Assembly: GCA_046563655.1 (NCBI GenBank)
Contig: CM102285.1
Coordinates: 13,516,001 to 13,580,000, forward strand
DNA from: Yuukianura sp. NJ FZ-2021
Lineage: Eukaryota
Direction: 5' to 3'
DNA length: 64,000 bases
The stretch's first letter is position 1, and every line of letters starts with the position of its first letter. The notes under the pieces are model-generated. The model saw only the letters and a program-made list of their open reading frames with translations. It searched no databases and was not told where the DNA came from. The translations under genes were made by a program, and so were the position numbers. Positions 1-11,647 of this stretch are shown here, piece by piece.

Positions 1-3000
1 CTTTGTAAATCGATTGGAGTAGAAGTCCACAGAGTTTCAACTTCTTCTACACTCTTCGGAGTTACAATCTGCTTATCCTTGTCGATCCAAATTCTTAGCG
101 CTTCTTCTTTGTCATCAACTAGAATACTCCCCTGCAAAGAATCAAATCGATTTCACTGACTTGAACTTAATTACTCAATGTTGAATCGATGAACATTGAA
201 ATTATTCGTCTTACAGTAAAGTCCTGACGATGAAGAAACTCCTGGTAGCGAAACTTCAGTCTTCCAGTGAGTACATTCGTTAACTTGTTGAGCTCATTGA
301 GGTATGAATTTATTGCGGTCGTCAACTCCTGAAATTATTTGAAGTTCAAGTTAGCAATTTCATAAAAAAAAAGCAGAAGAAACCAAGGATTGGGATTTCG
401 ATTTGGCTTACATTTTCTCGTTCTTGCATATGGTCAACGTCAATTTTGAGATCATGCAGCTCTTTCTCGTCATCGTCGCTCAAGCGATGTCCAGCTACTT
501 CTGATTTGAAAATTTCCTCCTCCAGGAATTCGATTTTCTAATAAATAAAACATAGGATAAACACGAACGTTGAAAAACTGAATTGCAATTACGACAAACC
601 TGGCTCCGCCATTTGATTTCGCCTTGCAATCTTTTGAACTTCAGTCGCAGGAGTCGAAGACGAGACTCGAACTTGGATTTCTTCGAATCATACGTTATGC
701 GATAGAAATCATACCTACAAATTACAACAGAAACTTTCAAAACCTATTCAAAATGTTGAAAACAAATACAAACTAATGTAAAATGATCGCTAGTCTGAAC
801 TCACCAAGCAGACGTGTCGTGGAGCTTGAGCAAATGAGATAGATTCGTTTCGTCTAAAAGTAACAACCAGAAAAACTCAGGTTTGATTCCAACGTGTCTC
901 TGAATTCGCTGAATTCTCTTCCGGCTAATCACTTCAACGTTTCGTGGGAAGCGTTCCTTCGTATCTGCAGACATTACTTTGAAGTAGCTCAAAGCCAGTG
1001 GAACTCCTCGTTGAAGCGTTCGAATGATTTTGAGGTGTGAACCATACTCTCTTTGCAGTTTTGGAGCAGCATGAAGCGACAGTGTGAGTTCGATGGTGGA
1101 TTCTTCGAATCCTCTTTGTATAAAATCTGAAATGAATAGATTTCAATGTTTATAATTTGGATTGCTTTGGGATTCGGATATTATTTTTAAAGTTTTCGTT
1201 ACCTCTTGAGTTGATTCCACAAAGCGATTGTGGGTTGTGATCTGGAAGAAGCAGGTCATACCCGAGACCCAACAGAAGCGCTGTCACAGAAGCACTCTTC
1301 CCTACCCCTTGAAACGTCAAAATATTTGTTGTAGCCAGTTCCATCGTTTTGATACTCATGAAATTCTCAATCTTCACTCGTTGCACAAGGAATTTGGTCC
1401 AATTTGCCTAAGATTTCAGTTACAAATGTAAAACTTCAGATTTTGAATTAATTTAAAGCCAGGGGTTTTCCATTACGTTACCTGTTCATTGTCGCTTGGT
1501 TCCGTTGAATAGAGTTCATTGAAGCACTTCAAGGCAGTGTTAGGTGCCCAATCCATAGACTCTCGGCTGCTTTGCGTCTGTGGCATAACGCGTTGAACGA
1601 CGACTGGTTTTGAAGGGGTCCTTGGAGCGACTTTAACAGGAGACTTGAGAGCTGGTTCGCTCTTGCTGTTGGAATCAACCTTTCCTGATCTTGAATCCGA
1701 AAAAGAGCCATTTGTATGAAGCAGTATGTGTTTTTCAAGTCGAACTTTCAACTTGTGCGAATAAGTGCAGTCGTTACACAGGAATCTTCTACGCGGCCCG
1801 TCGTGATACTCCTGATGAGCAACGTACCTTACGTAGTCACGGGTTTGGTACGGACAATGAAAACACTTGAAGGTCACAACAGCTCGACGAACTCCGCATT
1901 GTATTGCCATATACGGTTTGTACTTTATCGCTGGATTTCCTTTTCGGAACCGATCATAATCGATTTTCGAAATAGAAATGGATGAGTTCGTTAGGCTTCC
2001 ATCTGAAAGAAATACGAAACACAAAGTATTATCCCTGAATTCTTCCGCTTAAACCACGACCAATCGCTTGGTTTCAGTTTTCAATTTCCTAAGTTACCTC
2101 TTCTGTATTCCTTGATGTCTGACCGAGGCGACTTTTTGTGAAGTAGTTCGTGCTTTGCACAAAGCGAGGACCTCTTGCAATTGTAATCACAATAAGAACA
2201 TTTGAACCCTCCATTGTTTTTAGAGTGACAGTTAATGTGAGACTGCAAGTCCTGTTGAGATCTAGTTCTAAAGGGACACTTTTCACAAGCGTAAGGAAGA
2301 GATCGCATTATCTCAACAGTTTCTGCTTCGCCAGATCCATTGGAAGTTTCAGTTCCTTCCTGTGGCTCTGACTGCCAGTCCATACTTTTTTCATTATCTT
2401 CCGAACCTTCCTTCGGCGAAGAGGACGCGTTGTGTGAGGCGTAATGATTTCTCAAGTCTGCTTCCCGGTATGCCGTATAACTGCATTCTGTACACGGGAA
2501 TTTACCGTCATTGGAGTCGTGCTTCCTCAAGTGTCGTCGAAATTCTCTTCTATCTCGGAACTGCTGGGGGCAATGAGGACATTCAATTGGGCCTGAAGAT
2601 GTACGTCCAGCACGTCGTCGTTTTCGAGCAGTAGGTGACGATGAGGCAGCCTGCTTCCTATCGGAAACGGAATGTTGAAGAAGATGACGTTTAAATTCAT
2701 CAGAGCGTTTCGTACAAAATGTACATTTGTGACATTTGTACGCCTGATTTCCTGTACTACGGTGTTTTTCCATATGGGATGCCAGAGAGCTCCGATTTGA
2801 AAATGAGGCAGGGCATTCGGCGCACTTGTGCTTAATTCGCGACGAATTGACTGCTACAACCTTCCTTTGTGGTACCGGCTCAGACGGTTCAGAAAATTCC
2901 TTCGATGATGCCTTGGGTTCCGATTCCGTATCGCTTTCAGGTTCCTTCATCTTTGTGTTTGAATGTTTGGACATATGCTTGGCCAATAGATCAGATGAAT

Positions 3001-3344
3001 TGACAGCGTAGTCACAAAGGTGACATTTGAATCTTTTATCTGCACCATGTAAGACGGCATGTGTCAGTAGGGCTTCCTTTCGATCGAAAATACTCGGGCA
3101 CCTTAAACACAAAGCACAAATATCAGTTTTACTAGAACTTCCATGAAGCTCAGCCCCGAGCCACTATTTAGGTACTAAATAGTAAACACAATGCGATGAA
3201 AAATTAATACGGTTCGATAAATTTAGCTCTGCTTGATTAAACTGTCCCTTACTTGTAACATTTGAAACTGAGTCCTCTACCAGGGGCTTTCGGGTACAGT
3301 ATATTTGGGTTCCCCTTGAACATAACCTCTTGTTCGTTGATCAT
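1..3344 (-). CDS. C2H2 zinc-finger (10 fingers, 5 pairs) / degenerate hinge-less SMC6-like head fusion protein, paralogue B; 3' end runs off the window
   Basis: Manually spliced exons with GT-AG introns and consistent phase: 3344-3253, 3101-2098, 2002-1482, 1407-1203, 1126-805, 714-600, 537-412, 328-215, 131-<1. An in-frame stop lies upstream of ATG 3344. Ten CxxC..HxxxH fingers are followed by VQRVKIENFM..FQGVGKSASVTALLLGLG (SMC5/6-like N-head) and YQEFLHRQDFTGSILVDDKEEALRIWI (start of a C-head). Collinear with paralogue A. Confidence 0.8.
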
Positions 3345-3954
3345 AATTAATGGCCACAACCAATCCTACTCCAACACCCTGCAATTCAAAACCAGAAATA
3401 AGGACTAATTGCAAATTAAAAGAACAAATACGTTCTCAAACGTGGACTGGACACAGGAGAAAGGATACACTCATCCGATACAGTTAACACTGTTAACATC
3501 TGACACATGCGGCGAACGTCAATGCTTTTACGTAAAAATTGTTTGTATACCGTTAAATCGTTTCCGTTTATCCGTGTTGTGTAGGCTTCCCGTACTTCTT
3601 CCGTTCTTTCTGCACGTTCGATTCGAAGTAGTAAATTGATTGACGGCGACAGCTAAACGTTGTTCAAATTGTTTACATTGCAATCTCTGAAACCGAAGTT
3701 GTTGAACACAAAAGAAACCTGTGCGGATCCTCTTTTTTTTATGTGTCCTCCTTCTGTTTTCCTCTTCTCTCCTGTTCAGTTCAAACTGTAGAATCCTTCC
3801 TGTTGGGCACGCGCAATCCGAAATTTGTAATGAACATCATTCAGAATTGGTACATTTCATTTTTATTAGTACTAGAAAATTAATCACGGAAATGTTAATT
3901 TCCAATTAAAAAACTTGATGAGTACTTGGGCGTATTAAAAAGTAAAAAGTCTTC

Positions 3955-6900
3955 TTAGGATTCTGGATAGCTCATGAGGAATTGCTGACCAAACTTGGAT
4001 CTAACAAGTCGCATTAGAATAGGAAGCCCCTTTGCTGGAAACTTGAACTCCAGTTCGGCACTACTGTAAGCATCGACAGCAAAGAATGGGCAATTGTCAT
4101 TGATTTTCCAGAAACCAAGGTATAGGCCAAAGGTCCCCAACTGCTTTCTCGTTGGCGGAGTTTTACCCCAAACGTCATCAGCCTCTTTACTAAAAAAAAT
4201 GACAAAATCACTTTAACACTTAGCTTCTTGACACATATCAGAAGGAAGTTCACGTACGTGTTGATTGGAATTTCTTCGTCAAGGGCTCCCTTCTCTTTGA
4301 CCCAGATTCTGAGATTCCTTTCCTTTTCGTCCAGTAAAATGTCACCCTAAGTACACAAGTTTTTCAGCAAAAATTGCGAATAAATCTTGGGATTGTGATT
4401 AACCTTGTTACTTACAATGCAATTCTGAGAAGCTAGGAATTCCAAGTAGATTGTTCTCATTTCCTTGAGCAGAAGCGAAGGGACACTGGATAACTGCTCA
4501 GTATATGACAAAGTCAGTTTTTCCAAGTTCTACAAAAGAAGCACAAATCCTGATGAAATCCATCTTGAGATTCCTATTGCTAATTTACACCAGTATAAAA
4601 AACATACAGTATATTTCGCACTGAGTTCTTCAATGTCAACTTCCACTTGACGCCGTCTCTTCACGTCTTCGTTTCGCCACTGAAGGAATGCCGAATCTTC
4701 TTCAAACGGGTAGTCAGTCATCAGTTCCTCCTCCAGAAAGGTAAGTTGCTATTGAAAAAACACAAACTTAGCATTATTCGATAAGATCAGTGTTAGTTTC
4801 TTGAAACTCCCAACTTACCGTTTTCCGCCACCTAAGATCTCCTTCGAGTCGTTGAAACAAAGGCGTCAGTTTCTCCAGATTAGTTCTTAAACGTTTTCCC
4901 TTGAAAGCCACAGCGTCCATGAAACAATCGTACCTGAAAAACATGTTACACAGTTGCCTTTCGAATTGCCTACATTACGAATCAAATTAAAACCTAAACT
5001 TTGGAATTTTACTCACCAAGACTCTTTATCGTTCATGAAGAGTTTGAAATTCTGTTTGTCCAGAAGTAGCAATCGAGAATACAACGGGGAAATGGACAGT
5101 TCCGTGAGAATTCCACGCAGGCGTTTAACATTAACTGAATTCGATGTCACAGAGCCATCTTGTTCATAGGTCAATTGAAACGCAGAGGACGACAAAGGCA
5201 CACCTCGACGCAGCGTGCGACAAATCTTCAGTTCATTGCCAAACTCCTTTGAAAGCGATAGAACTCCCTTCAAACACAAAGTAATTTCGATTGAAGCTAC
5301 ATTTTGTCCACGTCGAATGAGATCCGAAATTTCCCAGCCACAGATGACCGATGGAGTGTTGCCTGTCAGGAGATCGTATCCAAGACACAGTAGTATGGCA
5401 ATTATGGAGGTACTTTTGCCTTCTCCACCGGAGAATGTGACGGCGTCAGAGTTCAAATTGAAGCTGATATCTTCGAAGCACATGAAGTTGTTCACTTTCA
5501 TGGAAGTGAGCAAATAGGACTCGGATCGCGCAGCCTGCAACAACAACGTTTTCAAACCGTAAATCAACGACAACTTTACGAATTATTTAATTATTAATTA
5601 AAAGAGCATTTCACACCTTTTTCACTTCGACTGGAGGAGAACCCACGTCATAAATGTCGAAAGATTTTGATGGGGCTGGGCTTGCGTTTGCGATGATCGT
5701 GGTCGCTCTTTGTGTCTTCGATATTTTGTGGTTCTGCAAAGCGCTGATAGCGCTGGATACTTTTTCTTCTGTTGGACTCGGAGGCAGTAAGCTCTCATTC
5801 CCAGTGTCGCTTGGCATATGAGGTGACAGTTGAGGTGGTAGTGGACTTGGCGCTTCTTCTGCAAATTCTAATGTGAAAAACGAAAAAGTTACTCGAAATA
5901 CTGAATGTTGTAACAAGCTTTAAAAAAAAGGCGTACCTTCGTCATCATCATTCATCACATTCCCTTCGACATCTTCAACTTCGATTTCAAAGTCATTTTC
6001 GTTACCAATGAGTGCAACTTCCGTGGCATCTCCGAGATCGTATCCACCTTTTGTGCTTTCTATGTCGTCAATAGTCAATAGATGCTCGGGAATATTGCCT
6101 TGAGCTCGATGTCTGTCTATATGCTTCATAAATGTTTGCTTGTTGGCCTTAGTCTGACAGTAATCACATATTTTGCATCTGTAGAAACCATCGTTTGCTC
6201 CTGTAAAGAAAGTACGCAGCAAGATTATTCAGAATCAGAACAAAAGTATTTCAGTATGGATTAAAAGTTGACTAGAAAAATACCATGCCGAAGGAGATGT
6301 TTGGTTAGATTTGCTCGGTTCAAATAGGCAGTTGGACAACTGAAGCATTTCCACGTTTGTATCTCGTTTGCGAGGTTAGGTTTGAAGACATGGGCGTATA
6401 TGAAGTTAGGATTGCCGATACGCAACTTTTCAGTCTCTTCGTCCAAAATACTTCGAGGTGTACTACGCTTCTTACGCGGCTTGGAAGTTGCAGTGCTTCT
6501 ACTTCCTATGAACCAGAAACGAGATGACAATAACTGCAATGTATTTGTTAATTACACTAACAAAAACAGGACAAAACTTACTTGACGTAGAAGTTGAGCT
6601 TATGCTGCTGGCGATAGAAGGTGAAGGAGATGAGGCTCTGCTTGTCCTGTTAGAATCTGCGACGTTTCCGGAAGATTCATGGAGAGCAAGGTGTTCGTTT
6701 ATGGAAAACATTGTGCTGGTTGAGAATGTACAAAAAGTACAAGCGAAAGGACGTTTACCGAAATGCAGCAATTCATGCCTCTTTTGAAACGACTGAAACT
6801 TGAACGAAGCTGGACAATGTTGACATTTCCATGCAAGCGGTGCTTTAGGGTTGGCTTTCGGGACATTCTTCTTGTTAGTACTAACTGGAACGACGGGTTT

Positions 6901-7738
6901 TCTTGGAGCGATGTCTTCATTCGACGAAGCAATTGATTTAGACTTAGTTGGTACTGCTGTGTTAAAAAGTTCGTCTTCTTGATCCACTGAATTATCTTCT
7001 GTTTCCTGCGGTTCTGCATGGTCACTGTCTACCTCCATTTCCTCCCCTGATTCTACACCTACGTCTAAATCCGCCTCTTCCTCGATTTCATCAGAGTCAA
7101 CATCGATTTCGATGTCTTCAGCCAAATCATCTTGAGTTGATTTCGGTGTATACGGAGATTCTAACTTCGATTGATTGCATTTCCCAGAATCGCTGTCGCT
7201 TGGAGACAATGCTGATCTTGAAGAGACAGTCGTTACGGGCGGTGAGGCAACCGGTACTGAAGGTTTCTGTTTTGCCAACAGAGCCTCCTTCTTCTGCTTT
7301 TGCGAACGGTGAAGTTCTTCATGTCGAAGAACGACATGCATCTGATCGACGCTGAAGTCGCAAAACTTGCACTTGAATTTCTTCTGAGCCCCATCTAGAA
7401 TTAAACTTAAACTTAGCAAACAATGTACTGATGGTAATCCTCTGTAAAGTGAAACTGAAACTTACGTGAGAGCTGGTGAGATTCCAGACGCTCTAATTTG
7501 TCCACACTACAAGTAAAAACTTTATGAGTTATTTTACTAACAATTTTCCATCGTATTAGAAACTTCCTGTGCAATTTTACCTCGTTGGACACTTGAAGCA
7601 CCTGAATGATGGACATTCGTTTTTTGTTCCCGGGTAATAAAGTGTTTCGTAGATAAAATCCGGGTTGCCAATTGCTGCTAACTCTCGAGCTTTGTCCTTA
7701 GTCGAAATAGAATCGTGAGCGTCCACTTCTCCCTCCAT
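3955..7738 (-). CDS. C2H2 zinc-finger (6 fingers, 3 pairs) / degenerate hinge-less SMC6-like head fusion protein, paralogue A, about 986 aa
   Basis: Twelve exons join without a stop: 7738-7581, 7506-7466, 7394-6582, 6505-6284, 6200-5937, 5867-5617, 5534-5017, 4933-4819, 4748-4608, 4529-4416, 4346-4258, 4189-3955 (2961 nt). N-head motifs: SMKVNNFMC, GEGKS, GQNVASIEITL, FGNELKICR. C-head motifs: GDILLDEKERNLRIWV, LYLGFWKINDNCPFFAVD, QQFLMSYPES. AATAAA on the minus strand near 3862-3867. Confidence 0.82.
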
Positions 7739-8069
7739 ATTGTCAAGCTGATTGATTGATGTCAATTGTCAAATATGACATCAGCTGTTTCAACGAACTA
7801 TCCGTTTCAATGTTCAATCGGTGCTTGAGGTCAGGGCAGGTCACGATAGAATAACGAAAATGAAATAACTTGTTTCTGCACATTGAAGAAAGCATCCTCA
7901 TTGAATCGCCAAAGGGTGGAGAAAGGAGTTAATGAACACTTTCTCTTCCCCTCAGCTCCCCCCCTTCTCCGATGTTTACTCGGCCTCACGAGTTTCACCG
8001 AGTGGAGTGGGATTTTGGAATATGGGGTGATCACTGATATAGCCTAGGTGTAATGTGGAGTGATTTCTC

Positions 8070-8160
8070 TTCCCGCCATCACCGGATATAAGGTGATATA
8101 TGAAGGCGAATTCTGACGCTTCGATTGGCTGTTGGAGGCGAATTCTGACAACCTGATTGG
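8070..8160 (-). promoter_or_regulatory. Candidate promoter of paralogue A: E2F-like site plus two CCAAT boxes in a 32-bp tandem unit
   Basis: TTCCCGCC at 8070-8077. GGCGAATTCTGAC-N5-GATTGG occurs at 8105-8128 and 8137-8160, about 330-420 bp upstream of ATG 7738. Confidence 0.4.
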
Positions 8161-8571
8161 TTCAATATCTAAACCTACTTATAAAAACGCATTACGTGGG
8201 GCTACATGGGTTTGGCCTATCTACCTGCCGCGGCAGGCCGATTTCTCATCCGTGGTTTCTGCACAAAGAAAGTGAATGAGTGAATGAATAACTTCGGTTC
8301 TAAAAAGTCAATGCGAAATTCAACATAAAAAAAAGTAAACAAAAGCAGAATTCAAAACACGAATAACCGCTGAACGCGTGAGACGAGAGAGAGTGAGAGT
8401 TTTCAGGAGACCTCCTCCCTGTCCCGGTTCCTGCGAATGTTTCTTGTTGACCTCCAAGTAAATATTTCAACACAACAGGTCAAGGGTACCAAAGTTCAAA
8501 ATTCAAAGGTCAACACCAAAATTATTAATAGTTAGTTAGTAGTAGTAAATGATCGCTTACGATTTATTGAC

Positions 8572-9438
8572 CTAACGTTCGGGCGTATCAACTGGGACAA
8601 TGTTACAACCGATTAATCCTCTGCCACTCCACGGACCAGGGATGAGAGCAAGGTGGCGTCGCGATCCGTCCCTGTCCACGCAGACGTTGATCACAGAACC
8701 TTGACATCTTTGGACCAAGTTTCCAATGTCGGATAGGCCAGTAAAACTTCTTGCGTCGATGGAGCCGACTGAGATGACCTTGTCGTTGACTCGCAGACCC
8801 TGGTTTTTATGAAGCAAGAGGTAGTTATTAAGTCGTCTGAGCAAAGATTTTTGAATGTGGACTTACTGCTTGGAATGCTGGAGATGCGTCAGCAACAAAG
8901 TTGACTATGGCGATCGGCGACAAGTTTTCTTGACGTTTTGAATCAACCTCCATGGGCTGAATAGCGGTTCCGTCTCGTCTGGCGTTATCGTGTAATATTG
9001 TAAGCTTACTTTCGATTTCTTCAGTCAGTTTCTTCCGGTCATTTTGCAAACCTAGAGTTTGAAAGAACAGCGTTGTTTCACAGGTTTTAAGAGCAAAAGC
9101 ATATATTTTAGTCCGAGAATACGATGCATGAGGATTCTCCACAACTTGCAGTTAAACTTACAGATGATCTTCTGCCTTGCATGTCGAACTTGGTAGACAT
9201 CAATGTCGTTTCTGGGATATCCTTCAGCATCCGTAACTGGTTCCCGCATTCCAACACGATTCTGTAACAATAAATTGATTAGGTAAAACTTCTCGTAAAG
9301 ATCACAAAAACATACCGCTGCTAAAATTCCTCCAAGAGCATCAATCTGCTCGTCAATGGATGTTCGCTTCTGCATCAGTGACAAAACAGCTTCTCTTGTC
9401 ACGTTTTGATCGTTGCTGGAACCCACGTCGCTCGACAT
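8572..9438 (-). CDS. PSMD9: 26S proteasome non-ATPase regulatory subunit 9 (p27/Nas2 chaperone, PDZ-like)
   Basis: Exons 9438-9316, 9261-9162, 9051-8867, 8799-8572. Motifs [40 protein letters not shown] and PGPWSGRGLIGCNI. Confidence 0.95.
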
Positions 9439-9721
9439 CTTGCATTAAGGGTCAAAACACTACAAATTACATACAACTGGTGTAACGAATAGGCGAATCC
9501 AATTAATCTTGTGAATTGTGATTAGCCAGTCTTACCTTTTTCAATGATGGGTGACGATTTTTGAGAATGGAGGTGAAATGAGAAGAGATGCACACCGCAC
9601 ACGTAAAAATTGCAAGAACTTTTTTGTTTACAAAATTTCCATAGTCATTCCCGCTCTCACCGTTTGAAGTTCCAGCAAATATTTTGACAAAAGAAAATAT
9701 TTTTACGAGTGTCCGCTGCAA

Positions 9722-9734
9722 TGACCTTTGACCT
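9722..9734. promoter_or_regulatory. Perfect nuclear-receptor DR1 element upstream of PSMD9
   Basis: TGACCTTTGACCT (AGGTCA-A-AGGTCA on the minus strand), between the PIG-U 3' end and the PSMD9 5' UTR. Confidence 0.4.
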
Positions 9735-9894
9735 GAAGATAGAACGAACGCTTTACGGATGCACAATGGACAAGATATTTAATTAAACCATGAAATAAAG
9801 CATAAAATATGAACATCATTTAGTAATATTAAGTAGTTTAGGTAAATCAAAAGGAATCACGGTGTGGACCAAACGAAGCGTCACTGGAACAAAA

Positions 9895-11647
9895 TCAGTG
9901 TAGAGCAAGTCTCCCTGGTTTCCCATCGATTTCCTTATTCATTCCGTTTTCCAGGTAATACTCTCTCTTTAAATACGAAAGCAGGACGTCCGTCAGTAAG
10001 AAAATCTGCAAAGATCACAGATGAATTGAAGTCGAATCGGAATCACGCTTAATGTTACTCAAGTTAGTTCAACGAAATCAATTCCTCTTACTTGTGCTGT
10101 GCCAAGGGCAATGGTGACTCCAAAGAAGAAATTAGCATTGGCTGATCCCGAGTAAATCCACAAGTACCATTGGACTGGAGCTAGGACCGTTGTGGCAATA
10201 AAAATGCACGCCACGATGAACTTCTGCTGCATAACTGTAGAAAATAACAATAGTCATACCAAACAGCACAATATTTGAGTAATTTATGGTTGGGTTACAT
10301 GGTGCGAGATGCTTCCACATGGGGATGAGTGCCATGTACAACCCAAGGTCGCCGGCACATGGATAAGACTTGAACACTGCTGTGATTGCTAAGAAAGTGT
10401 AGACGAGGAGGGCGGGTTCCCGGCTGAATCTTAGTGTCAGAGGCACGAAGTAAATGAAGGCGTTGATTTGGAACGTACAGATGAAAAGTAAATGAAAATG
10501 CTCAAACATTTCGGTAAAGAAGTACCAGAACAAACCAATGTTTGGTTTTAAGTCAGGAACGCTCAATCTGTATGACACAAACAAAAAACACTTCAAAAAA
10601 TTCTTTGGTAAAAGTGTAAAGAGATACGCTGATCGTTCGCTTACATGAACCCGTAGATTCGATCAAGGAAGACAAAGTCTCCAGTTAGAAGAACGCAGGA
10701 GTACAGAAGACCTCCGGCCGCAGCTAACAAACAAACGACCGATTTCAGTGCCGACAGAAACATGCTGGGTTCCTTTCGCTTGGACTTCTTTGCTTGATTC
10801 ACTTCAGTACTGTGAATGCACAGGATCATAGGGAATATCAACGCTATTGGGTACAAGGACTGCAACACCGCGGCGGCCAAGCTCAGAGAAGACAGAATCC
10901 GTTGACCTAAGAAATTCCATAGGGTTACGCTCAGAGATTCAGAATGTAATTAACATGTCTTTAGTTTTGTGACCTTTGATCATTGCAACAATGGCAAGGG
11001 AAATTAAGAAATTTCCAAAGACAGTCGTAGTAAGAGCAACGCAATTCAAAATGGTGAACGGATTTAGCAAGTAGCACATCAGGACGTATTCTCCGTAGTT
11101 GTCGGTGGCTTGAATTTTTAAGTCATTGGACTCTTTGGCGTGTTTTGATTTTTGCTGAGATCGACAAAGCTGAAACAAACAATCCAGGAATTAATTCATC
11201 ACCATCATTTAGCGTATCCATTTTAAACGTTGACTTACGAAGGATGCTTTTGCCTCGTTCACAAACGCTGCAAGGTTGACAGCCGTAAGGAGATCACACA
11301 AAATGAAGACTCCATACAATACAAATGCTGGAAATTGAGCCAAATAGTCTGCCGTTGCCAGCATCAGCGGTGTCTCGTGAAAAGTGTCGCCACTGTACGG
11401 AGTTACATTCTTCCGCATCAGGAATAGGCCTTCTTGCACTGCAAAATTGAACAATTTTAGTCTGAGATTCAGATTACACACCTTTCTCATCACAATACTC
11501 GTAAAAGGTGACCTCACCATTAATCCACGAGTTCAATGGAGTTGAAACTTCAACGCGTTTCTGAAACATGGGAGAGAATCCAGTATAAAATAGAATTATA
11601 CGAATCGTCGATCCAAGCAGGAACGAAATTGTGCTTTTCACAGCCAT
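9895..11647 (-). CDS. PIGU: GPI transamidase component PIG-U
   Basis: Multi-exon hydrophobic protein with RVEVSTPLNSW, PYSGDTFHETPL, YLLNPFTILNC, DLKPNIGLFWYFFTEMFEHF, FKSYP and WIYSGSANANFFF. The last exon reads IFLLTDVLLSYLKREY to TGA at 9897-9895. Confidence 0.95.

Noticed and set aside
1..5573. Reading the SMC-like segments as decayed pseudogene fragments or bacterial SbcC/RecN contamination
   Set aside because: The fragments join through canonical spliceosomal introns with no frameshift or stop in either copy, and they sit among normal eukaryotic genes.
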